From Planctomycetota bacterium (GTDB taxonomy: Bacteria; Planctomycetota; MHYJ01; JACQRL01; SBBU01): a DNA stretch of 36,788 bases. Of the stretch, positions 22,575-31,259 are shown piece after piece; position 1 is the stretch's first letter, and every line of letters begins with the position of its first letter. The DNA is taken from positions 1-36,788 of the forward strand of contig JACQRL010000098.1 of assembly GCA_016206485.1 (NCBI GenBank), written 5' to 3'. The translations under genes were made by a program, and so were the position numbers. The notes under the pieces are model-generated. The model was not told the DNA's origin and searched no databases. It was given only the letters and a program-made list of their open reading frames with translations.

Positions 22575-23963
22575 ATGGCAAAAGTATGGAAGACATTATA
22601 TAGTCTGCCAATTTTATGCGTAAGTGGTGTATTGTTCTTTTTTGTTTTAACAAGTAAGAATGCTGAGGCGATACCTGCATGGGCGCGCAAGTATAAAACA
22701 AGTTGCGCTACCTGTCATGAATCGTTTCCAAAGCTCAATGCAACCGGTGAGGCATTTCGCTTGAATGGATATAAGTTTAATGATGATGACCAGGTTGTTA
22801 AGGAAGAAAAGGTTATACTGGGGCAGGATGCATACAAGAAAATGTGGCCTGATTCTATATGGCCTGCGGATATTTCAAGTGTTCCGCCGATTTCTATTCG
22901 CTTGCTTCCTGATTTTAACATACCGATTGGGGGAAAGAGAGGTCGCGAATCTGCGACAGATTTTAATTTCCCTCACGAAGCGGCAATTTTGGCTGCAGGG
23001 ACGATCGGAGCTGATATGTCATATTTCTTTGAGTTGGAATTTGAGGTTGAGGATGGCGAGACGTTAACCGAATTTGAGGCTGCTTGGTGGCAGTGGGAGG
23101 ATTTGGTCGGTCCTGAAAATGTATTCAATTTACGGCTTGGCACTATTGGAATGCAGGAATTTGGTCCTTTTACCGCAAGAGATCATAACCGCTTGACCAA
23201 GAACAAGTTTCTTTTCAGTGATACAATGCTTCCCTCTATCTCAGGAAAGGATACGTCGAACTATAAGGTTGGTATGATGCAACCGGGTATTGAGTTCAAT
23301 GGTTTCGGCGACCGCTGGAGATATGCTACTGGTATTGTTCGTGGTGTCAGCGATGGTGAAAATAATTCAGATAAAGACTACTTTTTACAGCTTGCATACA
23401 AAATAGGCGGATTGGGTTTTGACGGTTCCGGCAAATCAGATAAAGGTGCTGCGGCAAGCTCGAAGGATTTCATCAGAGATGATTCAATTATAATCTCTGC
23501 GTTTGGTTATCAGGGACTTGAAACCCTCGAAGATTCCAAAGGTGAAGGTGAAAATAGACTCTGGAGGGCAGGTCTAGGAGCATCCTGGAAAAAAGAAGAC
23601 CTGAGAATTGGTGGCGGCGTTATCTGGGGATCAGACAGCGAACCATACGGTACAGTAACTGATGAAACTGTGGATAGTCTAAACTATTATGTTGATGCAG
23701 AATACTTTGTTTATCCATGGCTTGTTCCGCTCCTAAGGTATGAGTCAATAAGTTTTGACCTGCCTGAAGGAGTGACCGGTTTACAGAAAGACCAGGACCG
23801 CGCTCGAGTCATTGCGGCTGTCAGGATTTTGGCAAGGGCTAATGTTGCGATATTGCTGGAAGGGCGTTTCCACACAAAGGATGAAAGATATACAGAGAAA
23901 ACACCGGATCAGGACAAGAACCAGGATGATTTAATAGCGATAAGACTTGATATCGCATTTTAA
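22575..23963 (+). CDS. Outer-membrane beta-barrel protein with an N-terminal monoheme c-type cytochrome motif (Cyc2-like fused cytochrome-porin)
   Basis: Signal peptide ending 'NAEA'. A single CxxCH ('CATCH', nt 22704-22718) lies about 12 residues into the mature protein. About 400 aa of alternating amphipathic strands follow, ending in the terminal 'RLDIAF' (a C-terminal Phe is typical of OMPs). Confidence 0.85.
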   Translation: MAKVWKTLYSLPILCVSGVLFFFVLTSKNAEAIPAWARKYKTSCATCHESFPKLNATGEAFRLNGYKFNDDDQVVKEEKVILGQDAYKKMWPDSIWPADISSVPPISIRLLPDFNIPIGGKRGRESATDFNFPHEAAILAAGTIGADMSYFFELEFEVEDGETLTEFEAAWWQWEDLVGPENVFNLRLGTIGMQEFGPFTARDHNRLTKNKFLFSDTMLPSISGKDTSNYKVGMMQPGIEFNGFGDRWRYATGIVRGVSDGENNSDKDYFLQLAYKIGGLGFDGSGKSDKGAAASSKDFIRDDSIIISAFGYQGLETLEDSKGEGENRLWRAGLGASWKKEDLRIGGGVIWGSDSEPYGTVTDETVDSLNYYVDAEYFVYPWLVPLLRYESISFDLPEGVTGLQKDQDRARVIAAVRILARANVAILLEGRFHTKDERYTEKTPDQDKNQDDLIAIRLDIAF

Positions 23964-24024
23964 CGTTGTGTGGATATTGTATTAGTGGACTTCTCATCCA
24001 ACCCTCCTATTGGAGGTTATGGAA

Positions 24025-24059
24025 CCAAGAGGGATTAAGCATCCCTCTTGGTATTTTTT
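24025..24059 (+). terminator. Rho-independent terminator (intra-cluster)
   Basis: Perfect 10-bp stem CCAAGAGGGA/TCCCTCTTGG with loop TTAAGCA and tail TATTTTTT. Confidence 0.8.
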
Positions 24060-24097
24060 GTTGATGTGAATGAAATTGTCGGTTCGGGAGGTGTTAT

Positions 24098-25243
24098 ATG
24101 AGAGTTGGCATGTTTTTTTTGATATGTCTTGTATCTTTGAATTTCACACTGTTGGAGGATGGCAAACTGACAGGGATAGTGAAATCCGCCGAAAAAGGTC
24201 AGCAATTTGTTGTTTATGTAATCAGTTCAGCAGGCGCTGAAAAGAATTCCGGACATGAAGTGTCTTTTAAACCGGCTGGAAAAACCATTATCGAGATTAA
24301 TAATGGAAAGTTAACACCTGACATTTCGACATTTCCACGGGGAACAGAAGTTGAGTTCAAAAATAATACCAGTGTAAAACATACTTTGCATGTCGCTACT
24401 ATCGTGGACCACAATGATATTGATGTGGAAGGCAATAAAAGCCGCTCTCTCTCATTCAGACTTCACGGTATTTATAATATCAGATGTAAGCTGCATGCGG
24501 AAGAAACTACAGATTTTGTGGTGACTGCGACACTACATTCAGCGATCACAGATAGTGATGGCAAATTCACTATATCTGGACTCCCCTCAGGTACTTTTAA
24601 AGTTAAGATCTGGAGCAAAGACTTAAAGGTATCCCAGCTTAATTCAACTTATGAAGTGAAAATAAATGCAGGCAAAGAATCTCAGATGGAAATTGTTCCC
24701 CCTTCGCCAGACACTTCAGGTACAGTAGCAGGAAAGGTTAATTCCTCCTTTGCGAAGAAGTTCCCGTTTGTGGTATATATTGAGGACATAGGATCTAAAA
24801 CTCTTCCTGTTCCTGATGAAAATGCATTGGTAGACCAATATGCGAAGGTTTTCGTTCCCAGAGTTTTACCTGTGCAGGTTGGTACGGCGGTTGACTTCCT
24901 TAACAGTGATCCTTTTGAGCATAATGTGCTGTCACCTGATGAGGAAAAGTATGACCTTGGTAATTTTGGAAAGGGTGAAAGCCGGAGCTACGTATTCAAA
25001 AGAACAGGATTTTATACCCAGTTGTGTACCCTTCATCCGGAGATGATAGCTTATGTTGTTGTTGTCAAGACTCCTTTTTTCGCGGTAACTGATAACGATG
25101 GCAATTTTAAAATTGAAGGCGTCCCTGCCGGCAGTTGGAAGGTAAAAATATGGAATGAAAGACTAAAAAGCAAACAGCTTGCAAAAACATGGGATATAAC
25201 TGTTGAAACGGATAAAGAGTCCGGTCTTGTAATTGAACCGTAA
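24098..25243 (+). CDS. Secreted protein with two tandem modules, each a cupredoxin-like domain plus a CarboxypepD_reg-like domain
   Basis: Module 2 has type-1 Cu ligands 'FEHNV' ... 'CTLHPEM' (C-x2-H-x2-M, amicyanin-like spacing). Module 1 has 'VKHTL' ... 'CKLHAEE' (Cys and His kept, no Met). Each is followed by a 'TDSDGKFTISGLPSGTFKVKIW' / 'TDNDGNFKIEGVPAGSWKVKIW' domain. Confidence 0.85.
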   Translation: MRVGMFFLICLVSLNFTLLEDGKLTGIVKSAEKGQQFVVYVISSAGAEKNSGHEVSFKPAGKTIIEINNGKLTPDISTFPRGTEVEFKNNTSVKHTLHVATIVDHNDIDVEGNKSRSLSFRLHGIYNIRCKLHAEETTDFVVTATLHSAITDSDGKFTISGLPSGTFKVKIWSKDLKVSQLNSTYEVKINAGKESQMEIVPPSPDTSGTVAGKVNSSFAKKFPFVVYIEDIGSKTLPVPDENALVDQYAKVFVPRVLPVQVGTAVDFLNSDPFEHNVLSPDEEKYDLGNFGKGESRSYVFKRTGFYTQLCTLHPEMIAYVVVVKTPFFAVTDNDGNFKIEGVPAGSWKVKIWNERLKSKQLAKTWDITVETDKESGLVIEP

Positions 25244-25247
25244 TGAG

Positions 25248-25871
25248 ATGAATGAAATACAACCGGACAAAGGTGCAAGAAATATAGTTCGTGTGTTTTT
25301 AGGTGTGGTCTTCTTCTTGCTTATTTTTTATTCTGCTTTGGGATACCAGTCATTGACTTGGAGCCCGATGTTTTACGTGAAAAACGCAGGTTCTGAAAGA
25401 TCACGGATTAATTTTGAGGGAGAAGAAAACGCTGTCCCGATGAAATATCAATCTGTGGAAAGAGGAAAAAAACTATTTCTCCGTGAAGGCTGTTCAGTCT
25501 GTCACGGGCAGGATGGCAGGGGAGGTGTAGCTAATCCTAATTACATCAATAAAACTACTCCGCGGTTAGATGAAATGGCTGAAAGACTTTTTCTCTATGA
25601 ACATGAGGATGTTGACTTAGTTTTAAAGGTTTTTGAATCAGGAAAATCTCTGGATGAGGTTGAGGATCTTGATATCCCGCGCGCAAACGCGGTGATTGCA
25701 CAGTACAAAAGTATTGTAACTTTGATACAGAGTGGAAATCCGGCTGGGAAAGAAGACCAGACAGGGCACTCCCCTTTTGATATGCCCGCCTTCAAGGGGA
25801 CTCTCAACCAGAGAGATGTTAATGATGTGATCGCTTACCTTTTGAGCATTTACAGGTGGGAGGGCAAATAA
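25248..25871 (+). CDS. Membrane-anchored monoheme class-I cytochrome c
   Basis: N-terminal TM helix 'IVRVFLGVVFFLLIFYSALGY', heme motif 'CSVCH' and a distal Met candidate in 'FDMPAF'. The start is either the ATG at 25248 or the tracked TTG at 25233. Confidence 0.85.
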   Translation: MNEIQPDKGARNIVRVFLGVVFFLLIFYSALGYQSLTWSPMFYVKNAGSERSRINFEGEENAVPMKYQSVERGKKLFLREGCSVCHGQDGRGGVANPNYINKTTPRLDEMAERLFLYEHEDVDLVLKVFESGKSLDEVEDLDIPRANAVIAQYKSIVTLIQSGNPAGKEDQTGHSPFDMPAFKGTLNQRDVNDVIAYLLSIYRWEGK

Positions 25872-25887
25872 TTTTAGTGGAGGCATA

Positions 25888-26775
25888 ATGGGAATTCATC
25901 CTTTTACAATAGTTCTTTTTGTTTTACTGTCGCTTGTCGGGGTTTTTCAAGGGATGCAAACACGTAATCCCATCTACATAGTTGTAGGTTTAGGTTTGGG
26001 ATTACTATTACTGTTGTCAGTACGCATAGCAAAACAGTGGCAGAAAGTAATGGTGCTCAGACTCGGAAAATTCAGTTCTTTGCAGGGACCGGGCGCATTC
26101 GGGGTTATTCCGTTTTTGGATACGATCCCGTCATTTGTCGATACGAGAATCATTACAACTCCGTTCACAGCAGAAAAAACCCTTACTAAAGACAGCGTTC
26201 CGGTTGATGTTGATGCAGTCCTTTTCTGGCGTGTTCTCGATCCGAAAAAGGCGGTGTTGGAGGTTGAGGACTATAAGAGCGCGATCTCATGGGCATCCCA
26301 AACAGCCTTGCGGGATGTCATTGGTGAAACCGACCTCTCTGAAATGCTTATAGGCCGGCGACAGATAGACTCGATATTGTGTAAATCAATTGATGAACGT
26401 ACGGAAGCGTGGGGTATCAAAGCCCTGTCTGTTGAGTTGCGAGATGTGAAAATTCCGACTGAGTTACAAAATGCGATGTCCATGCAGGCGCAGGCTGAGA
26501 GGGAACGACAGGCAAGGGTTATCTTGGCGGAATCTGAGAGACAAGTTGCCTTTAAATTTTATGAGTCTGCAAAGGCATATGAGAATAGCCCAGTAGCTCT
26601 GCATTTGAGGGCGATGAATATTTTATTGGAAGGAATGAGACAAAGTTCCACTATTATTGTTGTCCCTTCTACGGCTGTTGAAACCATGGGTTTGGGTGTA
26701 GTAGGCGGGATCACTTCACTTGCAAAAGAGTTCCAGGGTCCAAAGGAAAAGAAGGAGCAGACGAACTCACAGTGA
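25888..26775 (+). CDS. SPFH/band-7 (stomatin/prohibitin-like) membrane protein
   Basis: Two N-terminal hydrophobic helices followed by an SPFH core ('TKDSVPVDVDAVLFWRV', 'IKALSVELRDVKIP', coiled 'AQAERERQARVILAESE'). RBS GGAGG upstream. Confidence 0.9.
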   Translation: MGIHPFTIVLFVLLSLVGVFQGMQTRNPIYIVVGLGLGLLLLLSVRIAKQWQKVMVLRLGKFSSLQGPGAFGVIPFLDTIPSFVDTRIITTPFTAEKTLTKDSVPVDVDAVLFWRVLDPKKAVLEVEDYKSAISWASQTALRDVIGETDLSEMLIGRRQIDSILCKSIDERTEAWGIKALSVELRDVKIPTELQNAMSMQAQAERERQARVILAESERQVAFKFYESAKAYENSPVALHLRAMNILLEGMRQSSTIIVVPSTAVETMGLGVVGGITSLAKEFQGPKEKKEQTNSQ

Positions 26776-27293
26776 ACAGTGGAGTAATAGTTTTATCGAT
26801 AGGTTTTCTGACCTTTGGAGCGGCAATTATATATTATGCAGGAAGTAAACAGGATGAACTTGATTTCGCTGTTCAACCTGTGGAATACAATCATTCAAAG
26901 CACGTTGCTCTCGGGATAGATTGCAGTTCATGTCATACAGGGGCTACTGACGGGACTCATGCAGGTATTCCGTCCACATCAACATGCGCTTTGTGTCACA
27001 AAATTGACCGTGATTTTCCTTCTACTCCGCCTCAGCTCGCAAGATATATAAAGGGAGGAGAGGAAATTCCATGGATACAGCTGCATAAAGCGCCAAGGCA
27101 CATTTATTTTTCGCATCAGCGCCATGTGAAGCTCGGAAAACTGGATTGCGCTGTCTGTCATGGCGATGTGAAAACGATGGAGAAGCCTTTTGGAAAAAGT
27201 TATTTTCCTAGCGGCCTTACAGGTATGAATAAATGCGTTGCTTGCCATCTTAAAGAAAAAGTCACAACAGATTGTTTGAGTTGTCACAGATGA
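26772..27293 (+). CDS. Membrane-anchored pentaheme cytochrome c (ActA/QrcA-like)
   Basis: GTG start overlapping the previous stop (GTGA). It has an N-terminal TM helix and five CxxCH motifs (CSSCH, CALCH, CAVCH, CVACH, CLSCH) in 173 aa. Confidence 0.9.
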   Translation: MNSGVIVLSIGFLTFGAAIIYYAGSKQDELDFAVQPVEYNHSKHVALGIDCSSCHTGATDGTHAGIPSTSTCALCHKIDRDFPSTPPQLARYIKGGEEIPWIQLHKAPRHIYFSHQRHVKLGKLDCAVCHGDVKTMEKPFGKSYFPSGLTGMNKCVACHLKEKVTTDCLSCHR

Positions 27294-29254
27294 TCACAAG
27301 ACGTACATTTTTAAAGTTAGGAATTGGCGGCGGTTCAGGTATTGCTCTAATGAATGTATCTAAACTTGTTCCCGGAGGCATACAAACACTTGATATGATA
27401 GATGAACATACGATTCATCGCGACCTTCCGGAGCAATTATGTCTTTCAGTATGTAGCTCATGCAGTACCACCTGCAAGATTTTACTTCGTAATGTGGGAG
27501 GAAATATTGTTGGGGTCCGCCCCTTTAAAGATAAACCATGCGCAAGGGCATATACAACCCCTCAGGAGCTCTACCACCCTGACAGGGTGAAAGTTCCGTT
27601 GAAGCGTAGCGGTGGAAGAGGCGGTGGCATGTGGAATCAAATTGACAAAAATGGCGCAATAGCTGAGCTTGCGAACATTCTCCGAACATCTGGGGCAAAA
27701 ACTGTCTTTATTCTACGCGAGGATTCAGCCCTTTCATTTGGCCTTTTAAAGGCTGTTGGAGCTGCGGCAGGCTCGCCATACATTTTTACATATGATGTAC
27801 CTCTTGAACATGGTCCTGATGATGCGCTTGAACAATTAACAGGGTGGAGTTCGTGGAAAACAGATTTATTGAATGCTGATGGAGTTGTTTCATTTGGCTG
27901 GAACTGGCTGCAGAATTTTACGGATCTTGCAGGCGCGCAGAAGGCCTTTTCAAAATTTCGTGAAAAAGATTCTACGATGATTTATATTGGTCCAAGGCTA
28001 AATGTAACTGCTATGAAATCCCGCAAATGGATTGCATGTAAGCCCGGGTTCGAATCGCTGGTCGCGCTTGCTGTTTCATCAGTAATTTTGCGGGATGGCA
28101 AATATGATAAGTTAGCATGTGACAAGTCAGAAGGTTTTACTGACTTTGCAGCAAAGCTGCAAAATTTTGATCTGCAATGGTGTGAAAAAATATCCGGTGT
28201 GTCACCGAAGCAGGTGAAAAAGTTAGCAGATCTACTGGCAGATGCTCGGCCGATCTGTATATGCGACAGAGGTCGTCTTGTTGATCAGCAATCTGTAGTC
28301 ATGCTTAACGCGCTTCTTGGAAATATCGGGAGAGCAGGTGGTTTTGTGCAACTCCCGGATGTTACGCTTCCTTTTAAGAAGGAACCAAAAAAGGGGTTGT
28401 TCGCCAGTGACGTCCCGGATATTTTAAATAAGAAAGAGATTGAAACGGTTATTTTTGTCGGCGTGAATCCGCTGTTTACAGGACCTGATCCTTTGAAGTG
28501 GAGGGCCTCATTGAGCAACGCGAAAAATGTTGTAAGTATTACCTCTTTGATGAACGAGACGACCGGCTACGCTGATCTTGTGATCCCTCTTGCTTTGCCT
28601 GCTGAGAGAAAGGACATTTATTTTGAGATACAGGATAATAATGAAATTAAAACTTTAGTAGTTGAACCGGCAGTAAAACCGCAGCCTGAGATTTTATCAC
28701 CTGCGGAAATTACCTTCGAAATCTCTAATAAACTTGATGCTGAGGATTTTCCATGGAAGAAGCTGGAAGATGTTGTTGGTTCTCTGGTCGTCCGAAATCC
28801 TGATAAATTGGCATTGCGATTTAGCAGCGAGTGGAAATCTCCTGAATTTTCCAACGGGGAATTTCATCTTTTACTGGAACTTCCCGGGACATTTTCTCAT
28901 TTAGAAGGAGCTCATCTTCCATATTTATTGACGACTGTTGGTCCGCATTTGCGTAAGTGGTGGAGTACTTGGGTGGAAATGAATCCTTCTACAGCAGAAC
29001 GATTGGAACTACATAATAATGATACAGTGTTGGTTGAAAATATATCTGGTTCAATACAGGCGAAGGTTCGTATTTTTGAAGGTATTTCCCCTGATGCTGT
29101 TTGCATTCCGCTCGGTATGGGACACTCTATAGGTCATTTCGCGCAGAAAGAAGGAGGGAATCCATCAGAACTTATTGGATATATAAAGGATGAAAAATGC
29201 GGTGTCTCACAGTGGAATCTTCAAAAAGTTAATTTAAGGAAGGTTGCTGTATGA
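27290..29254 (+). CDS. Tat-exported molybdopterin-oxidoreductase-family subunit (QrcB/ActB1/PsrA-like)
   Basis: ATGA overlap with the upstream gene. It has the twin-arginine signal 'TRRTFLKLG' and an N-terminal Fe4S4-domain Cys pattern CSSC-STTC-(about 21 aa)-C. A MopB core is visible ('IGPRLNVTAMKSRKWIACKPG'), as is the C-terminal beta-barrel domain ('VEMNPSTAERLEL..DTVLVEN'). Confidence 0.9.
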   Translation: MITRRTFLKLGIGGGSGIALMNVSKLVPGGIQTLDMIDEHTIHRDLPEQLCLSVCSSCSTTCKILLRNVGGNIVGVRPFKDKPCARAYTTPQELYHPDRVKVPLKRSGGRGGGMWNQIDKNGAIAELANILRTSGAKTVFILREDSALSFGLLKAVGAAAGSPYIFTYDVPLEHGPDDALEQLTGWSSWKTDLLNADGVVSFGWNWLQNFTDLAGAQKAFSKFREKDSTMIYIGPRLNVTAMKSRKWIACKPGFESLVALAVSSVILRDGKYDKLACDKSEGFTDFAAKLQNFDLQWCEKISGVSPKQVKKLADLLADARPICICDRGRLVDQQSVVMLNALLGNIGRAGGFVQLPDVTLPFKKEPKKGLFASDVPDILNKKEIETVIFVGVNPLFTGPDPLKWRASLSNAKNVVSITSLMNETTGYADLVIPLALPAERKDIYFEIQDNNEIKTLVVEPAVKPQPEILSPAEITFEISNKLDAEDFPWKKLEDVVGSLVVRNPDKLALRFSSEWKSPEFSNGEFHLLLELPGTFSHLEGAHLPYLLTTVGPHLRKWWSTWVEMNPSTAERLELHNNDTVLVENISGSIQAKVRIFEGISPDAVCIPLGMGHSIGHFAQKEGGNPSELIGYIKDEKCGVSQWNLQKVNLRKVAV

Positions 29255-29931
29255 CACGCTTGGGAATGGTAATAGATTTAGATAAATGTTCGGCATGCCA
29301 GACTTGCGCTGTTGCCTGCAACACTGAGAACAATGCGCCTCCCGGTACTCCGCAGGAGGCAGAAGAGTCACGTCTTATGAGATGGCTTCAGTTTTTGCCT
29401 CATTTTGAAGGCGAATATCCGCACGTCTCCGGACAGCTCACTCCTATGATGTGTCAACAGTGTGAGAGACCTCCATGTACATATGTTTGTCCGGTTTCGG
29501 CTACCTATCCTACACCGGATGGAATCGTGGCGCAGATCTACTGGCGCTGTATCGGATGCCGATATTGTGTTAATTCATGCCCTTATACAATGAAGTGGTT
29601 CAACTGGTGGAAGCCGCAGTGGCCCGGAGAGCTGAAGAATGGGACAAATCCTGACGTTGAATTGAGAGACAAAGGAGTCACTGAAAAATGCACCTTTTGT
29701 CATACGAGGCTCCAACACGCAAAAGAAAAAGCTAAGGTCGAAGGCAGGGGAATTAGAACCGGGGAATATCTTCCGGCTTGTGCGGAGGCTTGTCCCACAA
29801 ATGCGATTGTTTTCGGAGATCTTGATGATCCTGAAAGCGAGGTCGCGCAACTTGCAAGGGATCCGAGGGCATATCGATATCTGGAAGAGCTTGGGACGAA
29901 ACCAAAGGTAATTTACCTGAAATCAAGATGA
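29251..29931 (+). CDS. 4Fe-4S ferredoxin-type electron-transfer subunit (PsrB/NrfC/QrcC/ActB2-like)
   Basis: ATGA overlap with the upstream gene. Four Cys clusters are present: 'CSACQTCAVAC', 'CQQCERPPCTYVCP', 'CIGCRYCVNSCP' and 'CTFC...CAEACP'. Confidence 0.93.
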   Translation: MTRLGMVIDLDKCSACQTCAVACNTENNAPPGTPQEAEESRLMRWLQFLPHFEGEYPHVSGQLTPMMCQQCERPPCTYVCPVSATYPTPDGIVAQIYWRCIGCRYCVNSCPYTMKWFNWWKPQWPGELKNGTNPDVELRDKGVTEKCTFCHTRLQHAKEKAKVEGRGIRTGEYLPACAEACPTNAIVFGDLDDPESEVAQLARDPRAYRYLEELGTKPKVIYLKSR

Positions 29932-31259
29932 GAGAAAATATAGAACAAAGTCTTCTGAGTTCTGTTTCCCGGAAGCCGGGACCGATTTACTTGGGTGTTT
30001 GCATTTTTCTCGGTCTGATATTATTAGGTTCTATTGCTGCATGGATCTGGCAGATTGTGTATGGGCTTGGTGTAACCGGGATGAATACCCCGGTTTTCTG
30101 GGGGCTTTATCTGGTTAATTTTGTTTTTTTTATAGGGATCTCTCACGCAGGTACGCTTATTTCATCGGTTCTTAGGATCACCGATACAAAGTGGAGAAGA
30201 CCTTTTACAAGGCTGGCAGAGGCGATTACGGTATTCAGTCTTCCATTCGGTGCCATGTGCGTTATTGTTGATCTCGGAAGACCTGACAGACTTTTAAACG
30301 TAATGTATTTCCCGCACTTTAGCTCTGCTATTCTCTGGGATGTCGTGTGCATCTCCACATATTTGATCACTTCAATTCTCTACTTTTATCTGGCCTTAGT
30401 TCCGGACATAGCTATATGCAGAGATGTTCTCAAAAATGTTTCACCCTGGAGAAGAAAACTTTACAGTGCGCTTTCATTGGGATGGAGCGGGACACAAAAG
30501 CAATGGAAGGTACTTAACAGGATCATGACAGGCATGTCAATATTCCTTTTTGCGCTTGTCGTTTCTGTACATACTAACGTTTCATTTGTCTTTGGTATGA
30601 CAACCAAACCGGGCTGGTCAAGCACAATTATAAGCCCGTTTTTCGTGCTCGGAGCTATTTACTGCGGTGTGGCAGCGATGATATTCTTCATGATTATTTT
30701 CAGAAAAATATTTCACCTCGAAATGTTTATAACGCAGAAGCACTTTAATTCTGCGGCAAAGTTTCTTCTTGCGCTTTGCTGCTTCTGGCTGTATGCGATG
30801 ATTATTGAGCATTTATTTGGGTTTTATCACGGAGAAGAAAGTGAGTATCACCTGTTTATGGATAAAATGTTCGGCCACTACGCCATCTCTTTCTGGGTCA
30901 TGTTTGCGTGTTGCTTCCCTATTCCTTTTGTTGTACTTGCCGTGCCTCGGTTCAGGACGATTACAAATTTATTTATTATTTGTATAGTGGTGAACATCGG
31001 TATGTGGATGGAACGTTTTACTATTATCGTTCCAAGCGGAACACATCCTCTTTTGGCATGGGGAACAGGCAGTTATTCTCCAAGCTGGGTAGAATGGTCT
31101 ATTACTGCCGGATGGATTTCGGGGTTTGCGCTGTTTATTATGATATTTGTTCGTTTATTTCCCATGGTGACTATTTGGGAGATAAAAGAGGAAATAGAGG
31201 AAACTATGCATAAAAAAGATACTGTTACTGCAAAAGAAGGAGTAGGCATACTGGAATAA
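29928..31259 (+). CDS. NrfD/PsrC-family integral membrane quinone-interacting subunit (QrcD/ActC-like size)
   Basis: ATGA overlap with the upstream gene. 443 aa with about 10 hydrophobic helices, and NrfD-type motifs near the N-terminus ('PVFWGLYLVNFVFFIGISHAGTLIS'). Confidence 0.9.
   Translation: MRENIEQSLLSSVSRKPGPIYLGVCIFLGLILLGSIAAWIWQIVYGLGVTGMNTPVFWGLYLVNFVFFIGISHAGTLISSVLRITDTKWRRPFTRLAEAITVFSLPFGAMCVIVDLGRPDRLLNVMYFPHFSSAILWDVVCISTYLITSILYFYLALVPDIAICRDVLKNVSPWRRKLYSALSLGWSGTQKQWKVLNRIMTGMSIFLFALVVSVHTNVSFVFGMTTKPGWSSTIISPFFVLGAIYCGVAAMIFFMIIFRKIFHLEMFITQKHFNSAAKFLLALCCFWLYAMIIEHLFGFYHGEESEYHLFMDKMFGHYAISFWVMFACCFPIPFVVLAVPRFRTITNLFIICIVVNIGMWMERFTIIVPSGTHPLLAWGTGSYSPSWVEWSITAGWISGFALFIMIFVRLFPMVTIWEIKEEIEETMHKKDTVTAKEGVGILE

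Noticed and set aside
26772-31259. Calling the module a complete alternative complex III, or a polysulfide/nitrite reductase
   Set aside because: ActD/E/F equivalents are absent, and the MopB and Fe-S parts are separate genes (unlike ActB). Psr/Nrf assignments need an intact Mo site or NrfA, and neither can be shown from the sequence. I therefore kept it as a generic Qrc/ACIII-like module.
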